Positions 12,405 to 24,565 of a DNA stretch of 64,000 nucleotides are shown in pieces. The notes below the pieces were generated by a model, which was given only the letters and a program-made list of their open reading frames with translations, had not been told where the DNA came from and ran no database searches. How positions within the stretch are numbered: the stretch's first letter is position 1; the number at the start of each line of letters is the position of its first letter. The translations under genes and the position numbers were made by a program. Source of the DNA: Octopus sinensis (taxonomy: Eukaryota). The stretch covers positions 9,486,001 to 9,550,000 of the forward strand of contig NC_043007.1 in the NCBI RefSeq assembly GCF_006345805.1. Direction: 5' to 3'.

Positions 12405-12626
12405 AAGATAGATAGATAGGTAGATAGATAGATAGATAGATAGATACAAAGATGAACATACATGTATGCACACATACATACATAGAGAGACAGAAAGACG
12501 GATATGTGCGTGTGTCTGTATGTAAACGAATGCATATTTGTATTCATAGACGTGTCAGTTCCACATAGGTTATGTATGCTGCAATTCTATATATTCAAGA
12601 TTTAGCGTATGTAGGTATGTATATAC

Positions 12627-12689
<63 letters not shown>

Positions 12690-12699
12690 CATATATATG

Positions 12700-12752
<53 letters not shown>

Positions 12753-12791
12753 TATATATATGTAGAGAGAGAGATAGACTGGCTGCCTATG

Positions 12792-12839
<48 letters not shown>

Positions 12840-13025
12840 ATATAGACTGCCTGCCTATTTGTCTAGCTATGTATGTATACATATACCATCTGTGTGTATG
12901 TATGCATGAATGTATTTTTAAATATATATATACATATATGTAAATATATAAATATATATATGCATATGTATATATATATGTATATATGTACATAAGTGTA
13001 TATATATGCATGTATATGTATATAT

Positions 13026-13085
<60 letters not shown>

Positions 13086-13164
13086 GTATATATGTATATA
13101 TATATGTCTGTATGCATATGCCTTATATATGAGTACGATATCCATCTGTTGTGTGAGTAGTGTT

Positions 13165-13201
<37 letters not shown>

Positions 13202-13737
13202 TAGAGAAAGAAATAGAATTATATATATATGTATGTATAAGCGTGAATATATATTTGTTGAGTGAGTGATTCAATGTAAAATGCAGAGAAAATAAGTCAT
13301 CAACTCTCAATTGATCGATGGCACGAGATAATACGTTGCTCGCAAGCTGTTATTAACTTTAATAAACTCAGTTGATGGAATATATAACTACAGTCCCTAA
13401 GGTGTATATAGTTATTAACCACCTCTGTATTAATGCTAAGTCGCTTTACATTGTTATTGTAGTCACTTTATTTTCTTCAATTGTAATCAAGTGTGCAGCA
13501 GTTAAATTGATTATAAAACATTTCATGTATGTATGTATGTATGTAGGTACGTATGTATATATGTATGTATGTATGTCTGCATATATCTATGTATGTAAGT
13601 ATGTATGTATGTATGTATGTATGCATATGTGTATGTATGCATCTGTTTATCTCTCTATCTATTTATCTATCTATTTATTTATCTATCTATCTATCTATCT
13701 ATCTCTATCTCTCGCTCTCTCGCTCTCTCTCTCTCTC

Positions 13738-13789
<52 letters not shown>

Positions 13790-13932
13790 GCATACATGTA
13801 TATATATATATTTATATATATATACATATATAGCATATACATATACATACATTTTATTTATACATATATGATGTATATTTATAGACACATATATATATAT
13901 ATATATACATATATATACATATATATATACGT

Positions 13933-13994
<62 letters not shown>

Positions 13995-14000
13995 ATATCG
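11995..14000. repeat. Compound microsatellite field: (TG)n, (GATA)n, (TA)n, (GA)n, (TATG)n
   Basis: Visible directly; it accounts for all the YI/CV/LSIY ORFs in this interval. Confidence 0.95.
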
Positions 14001-14321
14001 ACCTATGTGTCTTTCTGACTGCTTCTCTATCTATCCATCTGTCTAGCTCTCCAGCTATCGATCTATCTGACGATTTAGCTATCTATATATTTATACATAC
14101 ATTACACATACACACGCACACATACATACACACCAATGTGCAACAACGTCTACATATATATGTGTGCTCATGCTCTTATGGCTACAATCATAATTATATT
14201 CATAAAATACGATGTTATTCTGTCGTATATTGTATATTCTGTTTATCTACTTATGTAGCCTCTTATCAATATCCACTTACAAATTGATGTACATATTCAC
14301 ACGATTGTACTGAGGCACTCC

Positions 14322-14737
14322 CTTTACTCTTTTACTCTTTTACTTGTTTCAGGCATTTGACTGTTGCCATGCTGGAGCACTACTTTTAGTCGAGCAAATC
14401 GACCCCCAGGACTTATTCTTTGTAAGCCTAGTACTTATTCTATGGTTCTCTTTTGCCGAACCGCCAAGTTACGGGGACGTAAACACACTAGCATCGGTTG
14501 ACAAGTGATGTTGGGGGGGGGGCAAACACAGACACACAAACGTATACACACATACACATACATATATATATGTATACATATATACGAAGGGCTTCTTTCA
14601 GTTTCCGTCTGCCAAATCCACTCAAACGGCTTTTGGTCGGCCCGAGGCTATAGTAGAAGACACTTGCCCAAGGTGCCACGCAGTGGGACTGAACCCGGAG
14701 CCATGTGGTTCTTAAGCAAGCTACTTACCACACAGCC
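14322..14737 (-). mobile_element. SINE family A, near full length
   Basis: Tail at 14322 and head ending at 14737; head-to-head with the next copy. Confidence 0.9.
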
Positions 14738-14767
14738 TATGGCACGTTCATTTTATTTTTGTATGTA

Positions 14768-15188
14768 GGCGCAGGAGTGGCTGTGTGGTAAGTAGCTTGC
14801 TAACCAACCATATGGTTCCGGGTTCAGTCCTTCTGCGTGGCATCTTGGGCAAGTGTCTTCTGCTATAGCCCCGGGTCGACCAATGCCTTGTGAGTGGATT
14901 TGGTAGACGGAAATTGAAAGAAGCCTGTCGTATATATGTATATATATATAAATGTGTGTGTATATGTTTGTGTGTCTGTGTTTGTCCCCCTGGCATTGCT
15001 TGACAACCTATGCTGGTGTGTTTACGTCCCCGTCACTTAGCGGTTCGGCAAAAAGAACGATAGAATAAGTACTGGGCTTACAAAGAATAAGTCCTGGGGG
15101 TAGATTTGCTTGACTAAAGGCGGTGCTCCAGCATGGCCGCAGTCAAATGACTGAAACAAGTAAAAGAGTAAAGAGTAAGAGTAAAGAG
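14768..15188 (+). mobile_element. SINE family A, full length
   Basis: GGCGCAGGAGTGGCTGTGTGG head through to the (GAGTAAAA)n tail. Confidence 0.9.
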
Positions 15189-15277
15189 CACATCAATACC
15201 TTCTTTCATACACACACACGTTACTAGACGCGCACAAGCTCACAAACACACATACATGTACATTACATATGTATGTA

Positions 15278-15556
15278 CACTTTCTCCTCGACTTACGACC
15301 TATGCGAATTACGACTATCTCCATTTGAACGTCGGACATCTGTGCGTACGATAACTATAGCGGCATCTGGCACTGCAGGCCTCCATCAGAACCAGGCATC
15401 TATTGTCTGCCACTGTACCTAACTCAGTCGCGTTCAAGCATCAGTTGCGTTTGAATGAATATAGTGTTGAAAAATGCATTTCCGACATACATCCAGATCG
15501 ACTTACGACCTGTCAGTCAGAACGGAATTCGGTTGTACGAGTAAGTCGAGGAAAAC
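15278..15556. mobile_element. Probable MITE with pogo/Tigger-like terminal inverted repeats
   Basis: Left end TTTCTCCTCGACTTACGAC and right end GTACGAGTAAGTCGAGGAAAA form an imperfect inverted repeat flanked by TA. No ORF. Confidence 0.45.
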
Positions 15557-15565
15557 ATATATATA

Positions 15566-15602
<37 letters not shown>

Positions 15603-15692
15603 GTATATCTAATATAGGATATACATTTTCGAAAAAATTTTATCAATGACCAGCATATTAAAAAAAATACCTGTAAAGGTTAAATTTTATAA

Positions 15693-15816
15693 ACAACTTA
15701 TAAAGAAGGGCAAAAGAAAAAATTCTAATGCGAAATATGCCGAAATATAGACTTTATATAGTCTATATTTCGGCATATTTAGCATTAGAAGTTTTTCTTT
15801 GCCCTTGTTATAAGTC
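15693..15816. repeat. Short fold-back inverted repeat
   Basis: Arms 15693-15753 and 15760-15816, centred on AATATAGACT-ttatat-AGTCTATATT, with a few mismatches and indels. Confidence 0.85.
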
Positions 15817-15856
15817 GTATGTAATATATATATATATATATATATTAATATATATT

Positions 15857-18800
15857 ATATAAAAGGGCTTAGTAAAATAAATTACTTTGCCGCATACTGA
15901 ACTCATTAGAAATAGCAGCTAAAAAACTTTTTTAAGGCTATTTCTAATACTTAAGAAAATCTCTCTCATATATAGTGTTTGCATAATTTAACTCACAAAA
16001 GTTTGGGGGTAATGACATCGAAAAATCAAATGCTAAGTTATTCGAGAACGTACGTTTCAAGATTAGTCAAAACAAACAACATTTCTATCATCGGCTCGGA
16101 ATTCCTTGGTTTGGATTTGGAAACACTGAAAATAAGAACATACCCTCTCGAAGATCTGCTCCCAACTAACAGTGTCAACAAATTCAAAATAAGCAAGCGA
16201 AGAATCTCTGTTCTCCCCTTTCCACCAGCACGTGGGTTAAAATCATCAAACTCTATGCTTATTTCGGTAAAGTCCGAAGCATTAATCAGAGGGAGATTAA
16301 TTATAATTTCAACAATTGAGGGCAAAATTAATTAATTATTAATCAATTTCACCAAGTGTTCAGTATGCAAAGGGACCATTCAAGGCGAATTCAAATTATT
16401 ACATTATATAAAAGGGCTTAGTAAAATAAATTACTTTGCCGCATACTGAACTCATTAGAAATAGCAGCTAAAAAACTTTTTTAAGGCTATTTCTAATACT
16501 TAAGAAAATCTCTCTCATATATAGTGTTTGCATAATTTAACTCACAAAAGTTTGGGGGTAATGACATCGAAAAATCAAATGCTAAGGTTATTCGAGAACG
16601 TACGTTTCAAGATTAGTCAAAACAACATTTCTATCATCTATCATCGCTCGGAAATTCCTTGGTTTGGATTTGGAAACACTGAAAATAAGAACATACCCTC
16701 TCGAAGATCTGCTCCCAACTAACAGTGTCAACAAATTCAAAATAAGCAAGCGAAGAATCTCTGTTCTCCCCTTTCCACACCAGCGTGGGTTAAAATCATC
16801 AAACTCTATGCTTATTTCGGTAAAGTCCGAAGCATTAATCAGAGGGAGATTAATTATAATTTCAACAATTGAGGGCAAAATTAATTAATTATTAATCAAT
16901 TTCACAAGTGTTCAGTATGCAAAGGGACCATTCAAGGCGAATTCAAATTATTACATTATATAAAAGGGCTTAGTAAAATAAATTACTTTGCCGCATACTG
17001 AACTCATTAGAAATAGCAGCTAAAAACTTTTTTAAGGCTATTTCTAATACTTAAAGAAAATCTCTCTCATATATAGTGTTTGCATAATTTAACTCACAAA
17101 AGTTTGGGGGTAATGACATCGAAAAATCAAATGCTAAGGTTATTCGAGAACGTACGTTTCAAGATTAGTCAAAACAACATTTCTATCATCGGCTCGGAAA
17201 TTCCTTGGTTTGGATTTGGAAACACTGAAAATAAGAACATACCCTCTCGAAGATCTGCTCCAACTAACAGTGTCAACAAATTCAAAATAAGCAAGCGAAG
17301 AATCTCTGTTCTCCCCTTTCCACCAGCGTGGGTTAAAATCATCAAACTCTATGCTTATTTCGGTAAAGTCCGAAGCATTAATCAGAGGGAGATTAATTAT
17401 AATTTCAACAATTGAGGGCCAAATTAATTAATTATTAATCAATTTCACCAAGTGTTCAGTATGCAAAGGGACCATTCAAGGCGAATTCAAATTATTACAT
17501 TAAATAATAAAGGGCTTAGTAAAATAAATTACTTTGCCGCATACTGAACTCATTAGAAATAGCAGCTAAAAAACTTTTTTAAGGCTATTTCTAATACTTA
17601 AAGAAAATCTCTCTCATATATAGTGTTTGCATAATTTAACTCACAAAAGTTTGGGGGTAATGACATCGAAAAATCAAATGCTAAGGTTATTCGAGAACGT
17701 ACGTTTCAAGATTAGTCAAAACAACATTTCTATCATCGGCTCGGAAATTCCTTGGTTTGGATTTGGATGCGGCAAAGTAATTTATTTTACTAAGCCCTTT
17801 TATATAATGTAATAATTTGAATTCGCCTTGAATGGTCCCTTTGCATACTGAACACTTGGTGAAATTGATTAATAATTAATTAATTTTGCCCTCAATTGTT
17901 GAAATTATAATTAATCTCCCTCTGATTAATGCTTCGGACTTTACCGAAATAAGCATAGAGTTTGATGATTTTAACCCACGCTGGTGGAAAGGGGAGAACA
18001 GAGATTCTTCGCTTGCTTATTTTGAATTTGTTGACACTGTTAGTTGGGAGCAGATCTTCGAGAGGGTATGTTCTTATTTTCAGTGTTTCCAAATCCAAAC
18101 CAAGGAATTTCCGAGCCGATGATAGAAATGTTGTTTTGACTAATCTTGAAACGTACGTTCTCGAATAACCTTAGCATTTGATTTTTCGATGTCATTACCC
18201 CCAAACTTTTGTGAGTTAAATATGCAAACACTATATATGAGAGAGATTTTCTTTAAGTATTAGAAATAGCCTTAAAAAAGTATTTTAGCTGCTATTTCTA
18301 ATGAGTTCAGTATGCGGCAAAGTATTTTTTTACTAAGCCCTTTTATATAATGTAATAATTTGAATTCGCCTTGAATGGTCCCTTTGCATACTGAACACTT
18401 GGTGAAATTGATTAATAATTAATTAATTTTGCCCTCAATTGTTGAAATTATAATTAATCTCCCTCTGATTAATGCTTCGGACTTTACCGAAATAAGCATA
18501 GAGTTTGATGATTTTAACCCACGCTGGTGGAAAGGGGAGAACAGAGATTCTTCGCTTGCTTATTTTGAATTTGTTGACCTGTTAGTTGGGAGCAGATCTT
18601 CGAGAGGGTATGTTCTTATTTTCAGTGTTTCCAAATCCAAACCAAGGAATTTCCGAGCCGATGATAGAAATGTTGTTTTGACTAATCTTGAAACGTACGT
18701 TCTCGAATAACCTTAGCATTTGATTTTTCGATGTCATTACCCCCAAACTTTTGTGAGTTAAATTATGCAAACACTATATATGAGAGAGATTTTCTTTAAG

Positions 18801-19537
18801 TATTAGAAATAGCCTTAAAAAGTTTTTTAGCTGCTATTTCTAATGAGTTCAGTATGCGGCAAAGTAATTTATTTTACTAAGCCCTTTTATATATGTAATA
18901 ATTTGAATTCGCCTTGAATGGTCCCTTTGCATACTGAACACTTGGTGAAATTGATTAATAATTAATTAATTTTGCCCTCAAGTTTGAAATTATAATTAAT
19001 CTCCCTCTGATTAATGCTTCGGACTTTACCGAAATAAGCATAGAGTTTGATGATTTTAACCCACGCTGGTGGAAAGGGGAGACACAGAGATTCTTCGCTT
19101 GCTTATTTTGAATTTGTTGACACTGTTAGTTGGGAGCAGATCTTCGAGAGGGTATGTTCTTATTTTCAGTGTTTCCAAATCCAAACCAAGGAATTCCGAG
19201 CCGATGATAGAAATGTTGTTTTGACTAATCTTGAAACGTACGTTCTCGAATAACCTTAGCATTTGATTTTTCGATGTCATTACCCCCAAACTTTTGTGAG
19301 TTAAATTATGCAAACACTATATATGAGAGAGATTTTCTTAAGTATTAGAAATAGCCTTAAAAAAGTTTTTTAGCTGCTATTTCTAATGAGTTCAGTATGC
19401 GGCAAAGTAATTTATTTTACTAAGCCCTTTTATATAATGTAATAATTTGAATTCGCCTTGAATGGTCCCTTTGCATACTGAACACTTGGTGAAATTGATT
19501 AATAATTAATTAATTTTGCCCTCAATTGTTGAAATTA
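15857..19537. mobile_element. 3.7-kb fold-back tandem array of a ~545-bp hammerhead-bearing unit (Penelope pLTR or retrozyme-like)
   Basis: AAAGGGC unit starts at ~15861, 16410, 16962 and 17509. The inversion junction is at 17767. GCCCTTTT then recurs at 17794, 18337, 18881 and 19424. Both ends run into (TA)n. Confidence 0.9.
18112..18163 (+). ncRNA. Type I hammerhead-like motif of the array unit (variant core); representative copy
   Basis: CGAG CCGATGA T AGA...TCT T GAA ACGTACGT T CTCG: helix I CGAG/CTCG, palindromic helix III, GUU triplet, core U4>C, weak helix II. Other copies: 18654-18705 (+), 19197-19248 (+), 16043-16098 (-), 17145-17196 (-), 17692-17743 (-); the copy at 16593-16650 is disrupted. 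Confidence 0.6.
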
Positions 19538-19579
19538 TATATATATATATATATTTAAGTATGTTTCTATATATGTATA

Positions 19580-19596
19580 TGTAGAAGTTATTCAGT

Positions 19597-19670
<74 letters not shown>
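19580..19670. repeat. (GATA)n microsatellite
   Basis: Pure tetranucleotide tract. Confidence 0.95.
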
Positions 19671-19671
<1 letters not shown>

Positions 19672-19959
19672 AACGTGAATGAATAGACATCTAGAATTCA
19701 GGCTAGTATCTTATTAGCTCTCTGATATTATTCAGATCTGGCTAACAATATCGAGTGATGAGAACATACAGAATCGTTTATCACAAACAATTAAACCATA
19801 TTTCATTGGAATCCATACAGCAAACAGAGACTATAACTAAGACGTAAATGCAACATTAAAGGACAGTGGGATAGTTATCCAGTAGAAACACGTGACGGAT
19901 TAGAAGTAATGAAAATAATATTAAAATAAATATATTTTGAAGATGTATATTTATCTATT

Positions 19960-20124
19960 GGCGCAGGAGTGGCTGTGTGGTAAGTAGCTTGTTTACCAAC
20001 CACATGGTTCCGGGTTCAGTCCCACTGCGTGGCAACTCGGGCAAGTGTCTTCTACTATAGCCTCGGGCCGACCAAAGCCTTGTGAGTGGATTTGGTAGAC
20101 GGAAACTGAAAGAAGCCTGTCGTA

Positions 20125-20168
<44 letters not shown>

Positions 20169-20403
20169 TGTGTTTGTTTGTGTGTCTGTGATTTTCCCCC
20201 TAGCATTGCTTGACAACCGATGCTGATGTGTTTATGTCCCCGTTACTTAGCGGTTCGGTAAAAGAGACCGATAGAATAAGTACTAGGCTTACAAAAGAAT
20301 AAGTCCCGGGGTCGAGTTGCTCGATTAAAGGCGGTGCTCCAGCATGGCCGCAGTCAAATGACTGAAACAAGTAAAAGAGTAAAAGAGAAAAGAGTAAAAG
20401 AGT
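19960..20403 (+). mobile_element. SINE family A, full length
   Basis: Complete head, (TA)n(TG)n linker and tail. Confidence 0.9.
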
Positions 20404-20529
20404 ATTGTTTCTTTATGATGCCTTACTTTTGACTGATCTTCTGGTAGACATGCAAATTGTAATGAAAACACTTTACTCATTTATGTAAACATACACACAA
20501 TTTTAAATATTGATAATACAAACAAACAC

Positions 20530-20730
20530 ATATTTTCTGCACATACTGTTCTATATTCTAGAGATGAAGAATTCTCTACATTATTTACATTATTTACATT
20601 GGCAGGATATGTGTCATCGTCTTGTGTGTTGTTACCACAACGTTTAGGCTGATTTACTCCCCTGCCTTCATCAGGTGTCCTGGTAGAATTTTGAAACCAA
20701 CCCTGGGTTCTCATTCCTAAGATAATTTTA
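20530..20730 (-). mobile_element. Penelope-like pLTR relic with inactivated hammerhead (20634-20679)
   Basis: Minus strand: GACAC CTGATGA A GGCAG GGGAGTAAAT CAGCC TAAACGTT GTGGT; G12 of GAAA is changed to T. Confidence 0.55.
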
Positions 20731-21263
20731 TATCTTCTGCACATGTATATATATATATTTACAATCACGTGCGTATTTAACTGACATACGCACGAATATA
20801 TTTGTTTATAAAGTACTGAAATGGTTATAATCCAATCTATGTCCTCGCGATACACATTAATACATTCCGGTATTCAAAAGTATATATATAGTTGTTTTAT
20901 TTTAAATGTGACATACATTCTCCCTGAAAGTTATGGCCAACCCACTTCTTTATAGTTTTTATCCTTCAGTGTCTCAATATAATGTGAGCTCCTAATCGAC
21001 CAGACGTCGGTTTCCTATGTAGATTAAGTTGGACATTCGCTTCTATATAAAGAGCTCTTCTGCCCTTTTTGACAAGTTTTATTTTCCCCATACAAAAAAC
21101 TGAATGAAATGGAGTGCTGAAATCGGCGACAGCCTGATCAAAACACGAGATGCCGCAGTACCTTAGGAAAACACATTGAAATCTATTTACATATAAGTCC
21201 CAGATCAACAATTCATTTCGTTTCAAGATGGTCCGAGTACATGGTATTGATAAATAATTAAAA

Positions 21264-21495
21264 GGCGGCGGGTTAGCAGAATCGTTAGCACGTCGGGCGA
21301 AATGCGTAGCCGTATTTCGTCTGCCATTAGGTTCTGAGTTCAAATTCCGCCGAGGTCGACTTTGCCTTTCATCCTTTCGGGGTCGATAAATTAACTACCA
21401 GTTACGCACTGGGGTCGATCTAATCGACTTAATTCGTGTGTCTGTGCTTGTTTGTTCTCTCTGTGTTTAGCCCCTTGTGGGTAGTAAAGAAATAG
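21264..21495 (+). mobile_element. SINE family B, full length
   Basis: GGCGGCGGGTTAGCAGAATCGTTAGC head, GAGTTCAAATTCC B-box, TCATCCTTTCGGGGTCGATAAA domain and AAAGAAATAG end. Confidence 0.85.
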
Positions 21496-22449
21496 GTATT
21501 GATAAACAACAATAATGGTGAATTATCAGTATCTATCTTTCTCGATTCCTTCGGGGTGAGTTGTTAAGCTTGGTCTGGGACACATGGTGGCCTTTAACAC
21601 TCGGCGTCGTGTCGTGAGTTTTACCTAGATGCTATGCCGCAGCAAACGGACGATAAAACAAAATACTATTTACATGTGTGACCGGTAATGGTGCTAGTAA
21701 TAGAACGAACATGACCTAACTCTAAACCGATCTAACATTTGACATTTATATATAAATTCAATAATCTTTTGTAACATCCTTTACAATTAGATTAACAGCT
21801 TTGGCTTTTTTTTTTTGCCACTCAGCTACTCAAAGCTGTGACGATTTTTCAACTCAAAGGATATATATTTTCTGCCGAACGCTGCAACCTCCGATTTCTT
21901 TCCTACGCTACATAGAAGAATAAGAGTAACTGTGCGGAATCAATTGAAACCAATCTTTTAAAATGGAATACGGAATGAAAAGAAATCAAGAAAAATATAT
22001 TGATTCTATTTCTGAACCGTTAGACATTGAGATGTATTCTTTAATTAGTCAAGTTTTAATGAGAGAGAGTTAGATTTTTATTGTTATTGTCAAGAAATCT
22101 AAATTAGAATCCTACCACAGTTCCTAAGTCACACCAGAGTTTTGTCATGGTTCACAGCATTTATAAGATCGATCTGTCTGGTAGAGTGATTTCAAGATAT
22201 ATTACTTGTCTACCAATTTTATAACTACTATTCTTACTTGTTTAAAATGAATATAATTGCTTTTATTTATTGATTCGAAAGTTTTATTAAATAAATTTCT
22301 GGACCATATCTTACACACACTCGCTGACATACTTATAGTCATTTTTCTAATATATTTTATACATGCTTCAAGGCGTTTACACATACATACTTCTATATCT
22401 TCATATATACACAGCTTAACACTTTCAAATTTCTATTGCTATGTTTTAC

Positions 22450-22910
22450 ATGTATGTATGTACGTATGTATGTATGTATGTATGTATGTATGTATGTATG
22501 TATGTATGTATGTATGTATGTATGTATGTATGTATGTATGTATGTATGTGTGTATGTGTGTATGTATGTATGTATGTATTATGTATGTATGTGTGTATGT
22601 ATGTATGTATGTATGTATGTACGTATGTATGTATGTATGTATGTATGTATTTATGCATGTATGTATGTATGTATGTATGTATGTATGTATTTACGAACAC
22701 ATATATGTACATTCATGTACACATACAGAGGTTTAAGAATATGGTTTTACGAATGTATGTACTGAAGCTTGGGGTTGTGTGTACGTGTGTTTAACTGTGT
22801 GTGCGTGCGCATGGGGGTGTGTGAGTGTATGTGTTTATGAGATAAATAGATAGATTGATAGATAGATAGATTGATAGGAGATAAATAGATAGATAGATAG
22901 ATATATATAT

Positions 22911-22947
<37 letters not shown>

Positions 22948-22959
22948 AAAATAGATAGC

Positions 22960-23039
<80 letters not shown>

Positions 23040-23050
23040 CAGATAGAGAT
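22450..23050. repeat. (TATG)n and (GATA)n microsatellites
   Basis: Visible directly. Confidence 0.95.
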
Positions 23051-23695
23051 AGAGAGACTGGCGCTATGCAACTAAGTAAAACACAAAACTATAACCGTAG
23101 ATATGAATAAACCACTTATGCATTTATATATTTGTTTTATACAAACATGTGATTATTTCCCATGCAGATTTGCAATTTGAAATATCAGTTCTTGAATGAA
23201 ACGTGTGTATGTGGGTGTTTCTATATGTAAGGTAAAATTTCTGTCATTGAATTTCGAAATATATTTATTTGAAGCAATGTTTATTTATTTCTCGAATCGC
23301 CTTTATACTATACATATCTATATAATTGATTAATCCCCCGTCATTCCAGTACTCAATCAGCCGGACAATAATCCTATTTCAGATTTACGAGAGTTTAAGG
23401 TGTAAAGTTTCCCCAATGCTCACAACTACTGAGTGAATTCACTACCAAGGGGTACCAAGTTTGGGTTGTAAAATATGTTCACAACAATGTTTTTGTCATG
23501 CTTGATCTGTGTCGTCAAGCTTCTATGATCCAGTTTATACATTTATAGAATATATCCCATTCGTAATAAAGAATTACACTTTTGGATTGAATTCTACTTG
23601 TAGTGAATGCTGATATTCTATTGCACCACAGCATTGCAGAGGTACACTTTTAAGTGACTTTAAATACGTCACCTGTACATATAATAACAATAAAC

Positions 23696-23734
<39 letters not shown>

Positions 23735-24185
23735 TATATATATAATAAAGTGAAGTTGTAAGGTACTGCACGAGTGGAAATATATATGAAAGAAGGTTTG
23801 AAAATGCATTTTAAAAGATGTTTATTCACTTGACCGGTTTCACTTTTTTAAGAAAAACATTGTCAACAGTAAAATGTAAAAACTTTGTAAAAGGTTTGTT
23901 GTGTTAAGTACTGGTTGACACAAAATATTACAATACATATATACATTCTTTGATAATAATAAGGAAATGTTAAAAACAGTTTACAGGAAAAATTTTGAGA
24001 AAATATTAAAAAGTTCGTTAAAAATATTAGGATTTCATATATATATATATACTACAGCAGGTGTGGCTCTATGATATGAAGTTTGCTTCCCAACAAGGTT
24101 CTCTCCCACTACTGCTGGGCTTTCTTACAGTATCGAATATGCCTCAAACATATTTGAACTGGTAATTATATATTTGTGAATGAAA

Positions 24186-24565
24186 GCACTCCGTTGGTTA
24201 CGACGACGAGGGTTCCGGTTGATCCGAATCAACGGAACAGCCTGCTCGTGAAATTAACGTGTAAGTGGCTGAGCACTCCACAGACACGTGTACCCTTAAC
24301 GTAGTTCTCGGGGATATTCAGCGTGACACAGAGAGTGACAAGGCCGGCCCTTTAAAATACAGGTACAACAGAAACAGGAAGTAAGAGTGAGAGAAAGTTG
24401 TGGTGAAAGAGTACAGCAGGGATCACCACCATCCCCTGCCGGAGACTCGTGGAGCTTTAGGTGTTTTCGCTCAATAAACACTCACAACGCCCGGTCTGGG
24501 AATCGAAACCGCGATCCTATGACCGCGAGTCCGCTGCCCTAACCACTGGGCCATTGCGCCTCCAC
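24186..24565 (-). mobile_element. SINE family C (tRNA-like head) with tail type 1
   Basis: Minus-strand head GGAGGCGCAATGGCCCAGTGGTTAGGGCAGCGGACTCGCGGTC...GGTTTCGATTCC; the tail ends CCCTCGTCGTCGTAACCAACGGAGTGC. Confidence 0.85.

Noticed and set aside
11882-14287. Long ORFs such as 13553-14287 (244 aa), and similar ones at 22257-22794, 31121-32099, 39839-40610 and 60512-61099
   Set aside because: They are translations of (TA)n, (TG)n, (TATG)n, (GATA)n and triplet tracts that happen to lack stop codons.
15979-19313. Recurrent 60-118 aa ORFs in the array (MPSIVEIIINLPL..., MHNLTHKSLG...)
   Set aside because: They occur on both strands, change frame from copy to copy through indels, and show no RT, GIY-YIG or other recognisable motif.
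15857-19537. Array as CRISPR or classical satellite
   Set aside because: The units are ~545 bp with no unique spacers and the context is eukaryotic. The inversion and ribozyme motif fit a retroelement origin better.
23827-23873. GAA-ACCGGT-C with upstream CTGTTGA on the minus strand
   Set aside because: The core is mutated and helices I and II do not pair. It is a plausible relic but too decayed to call.
24490-24565. tRNA-like sequences here and at 841, 26960, 29870 and 33374 as tRNA genes
   Set aside because: A and B boxes are present, but the acceptor and anticodon stems do not pair and each continues into a SINE body.
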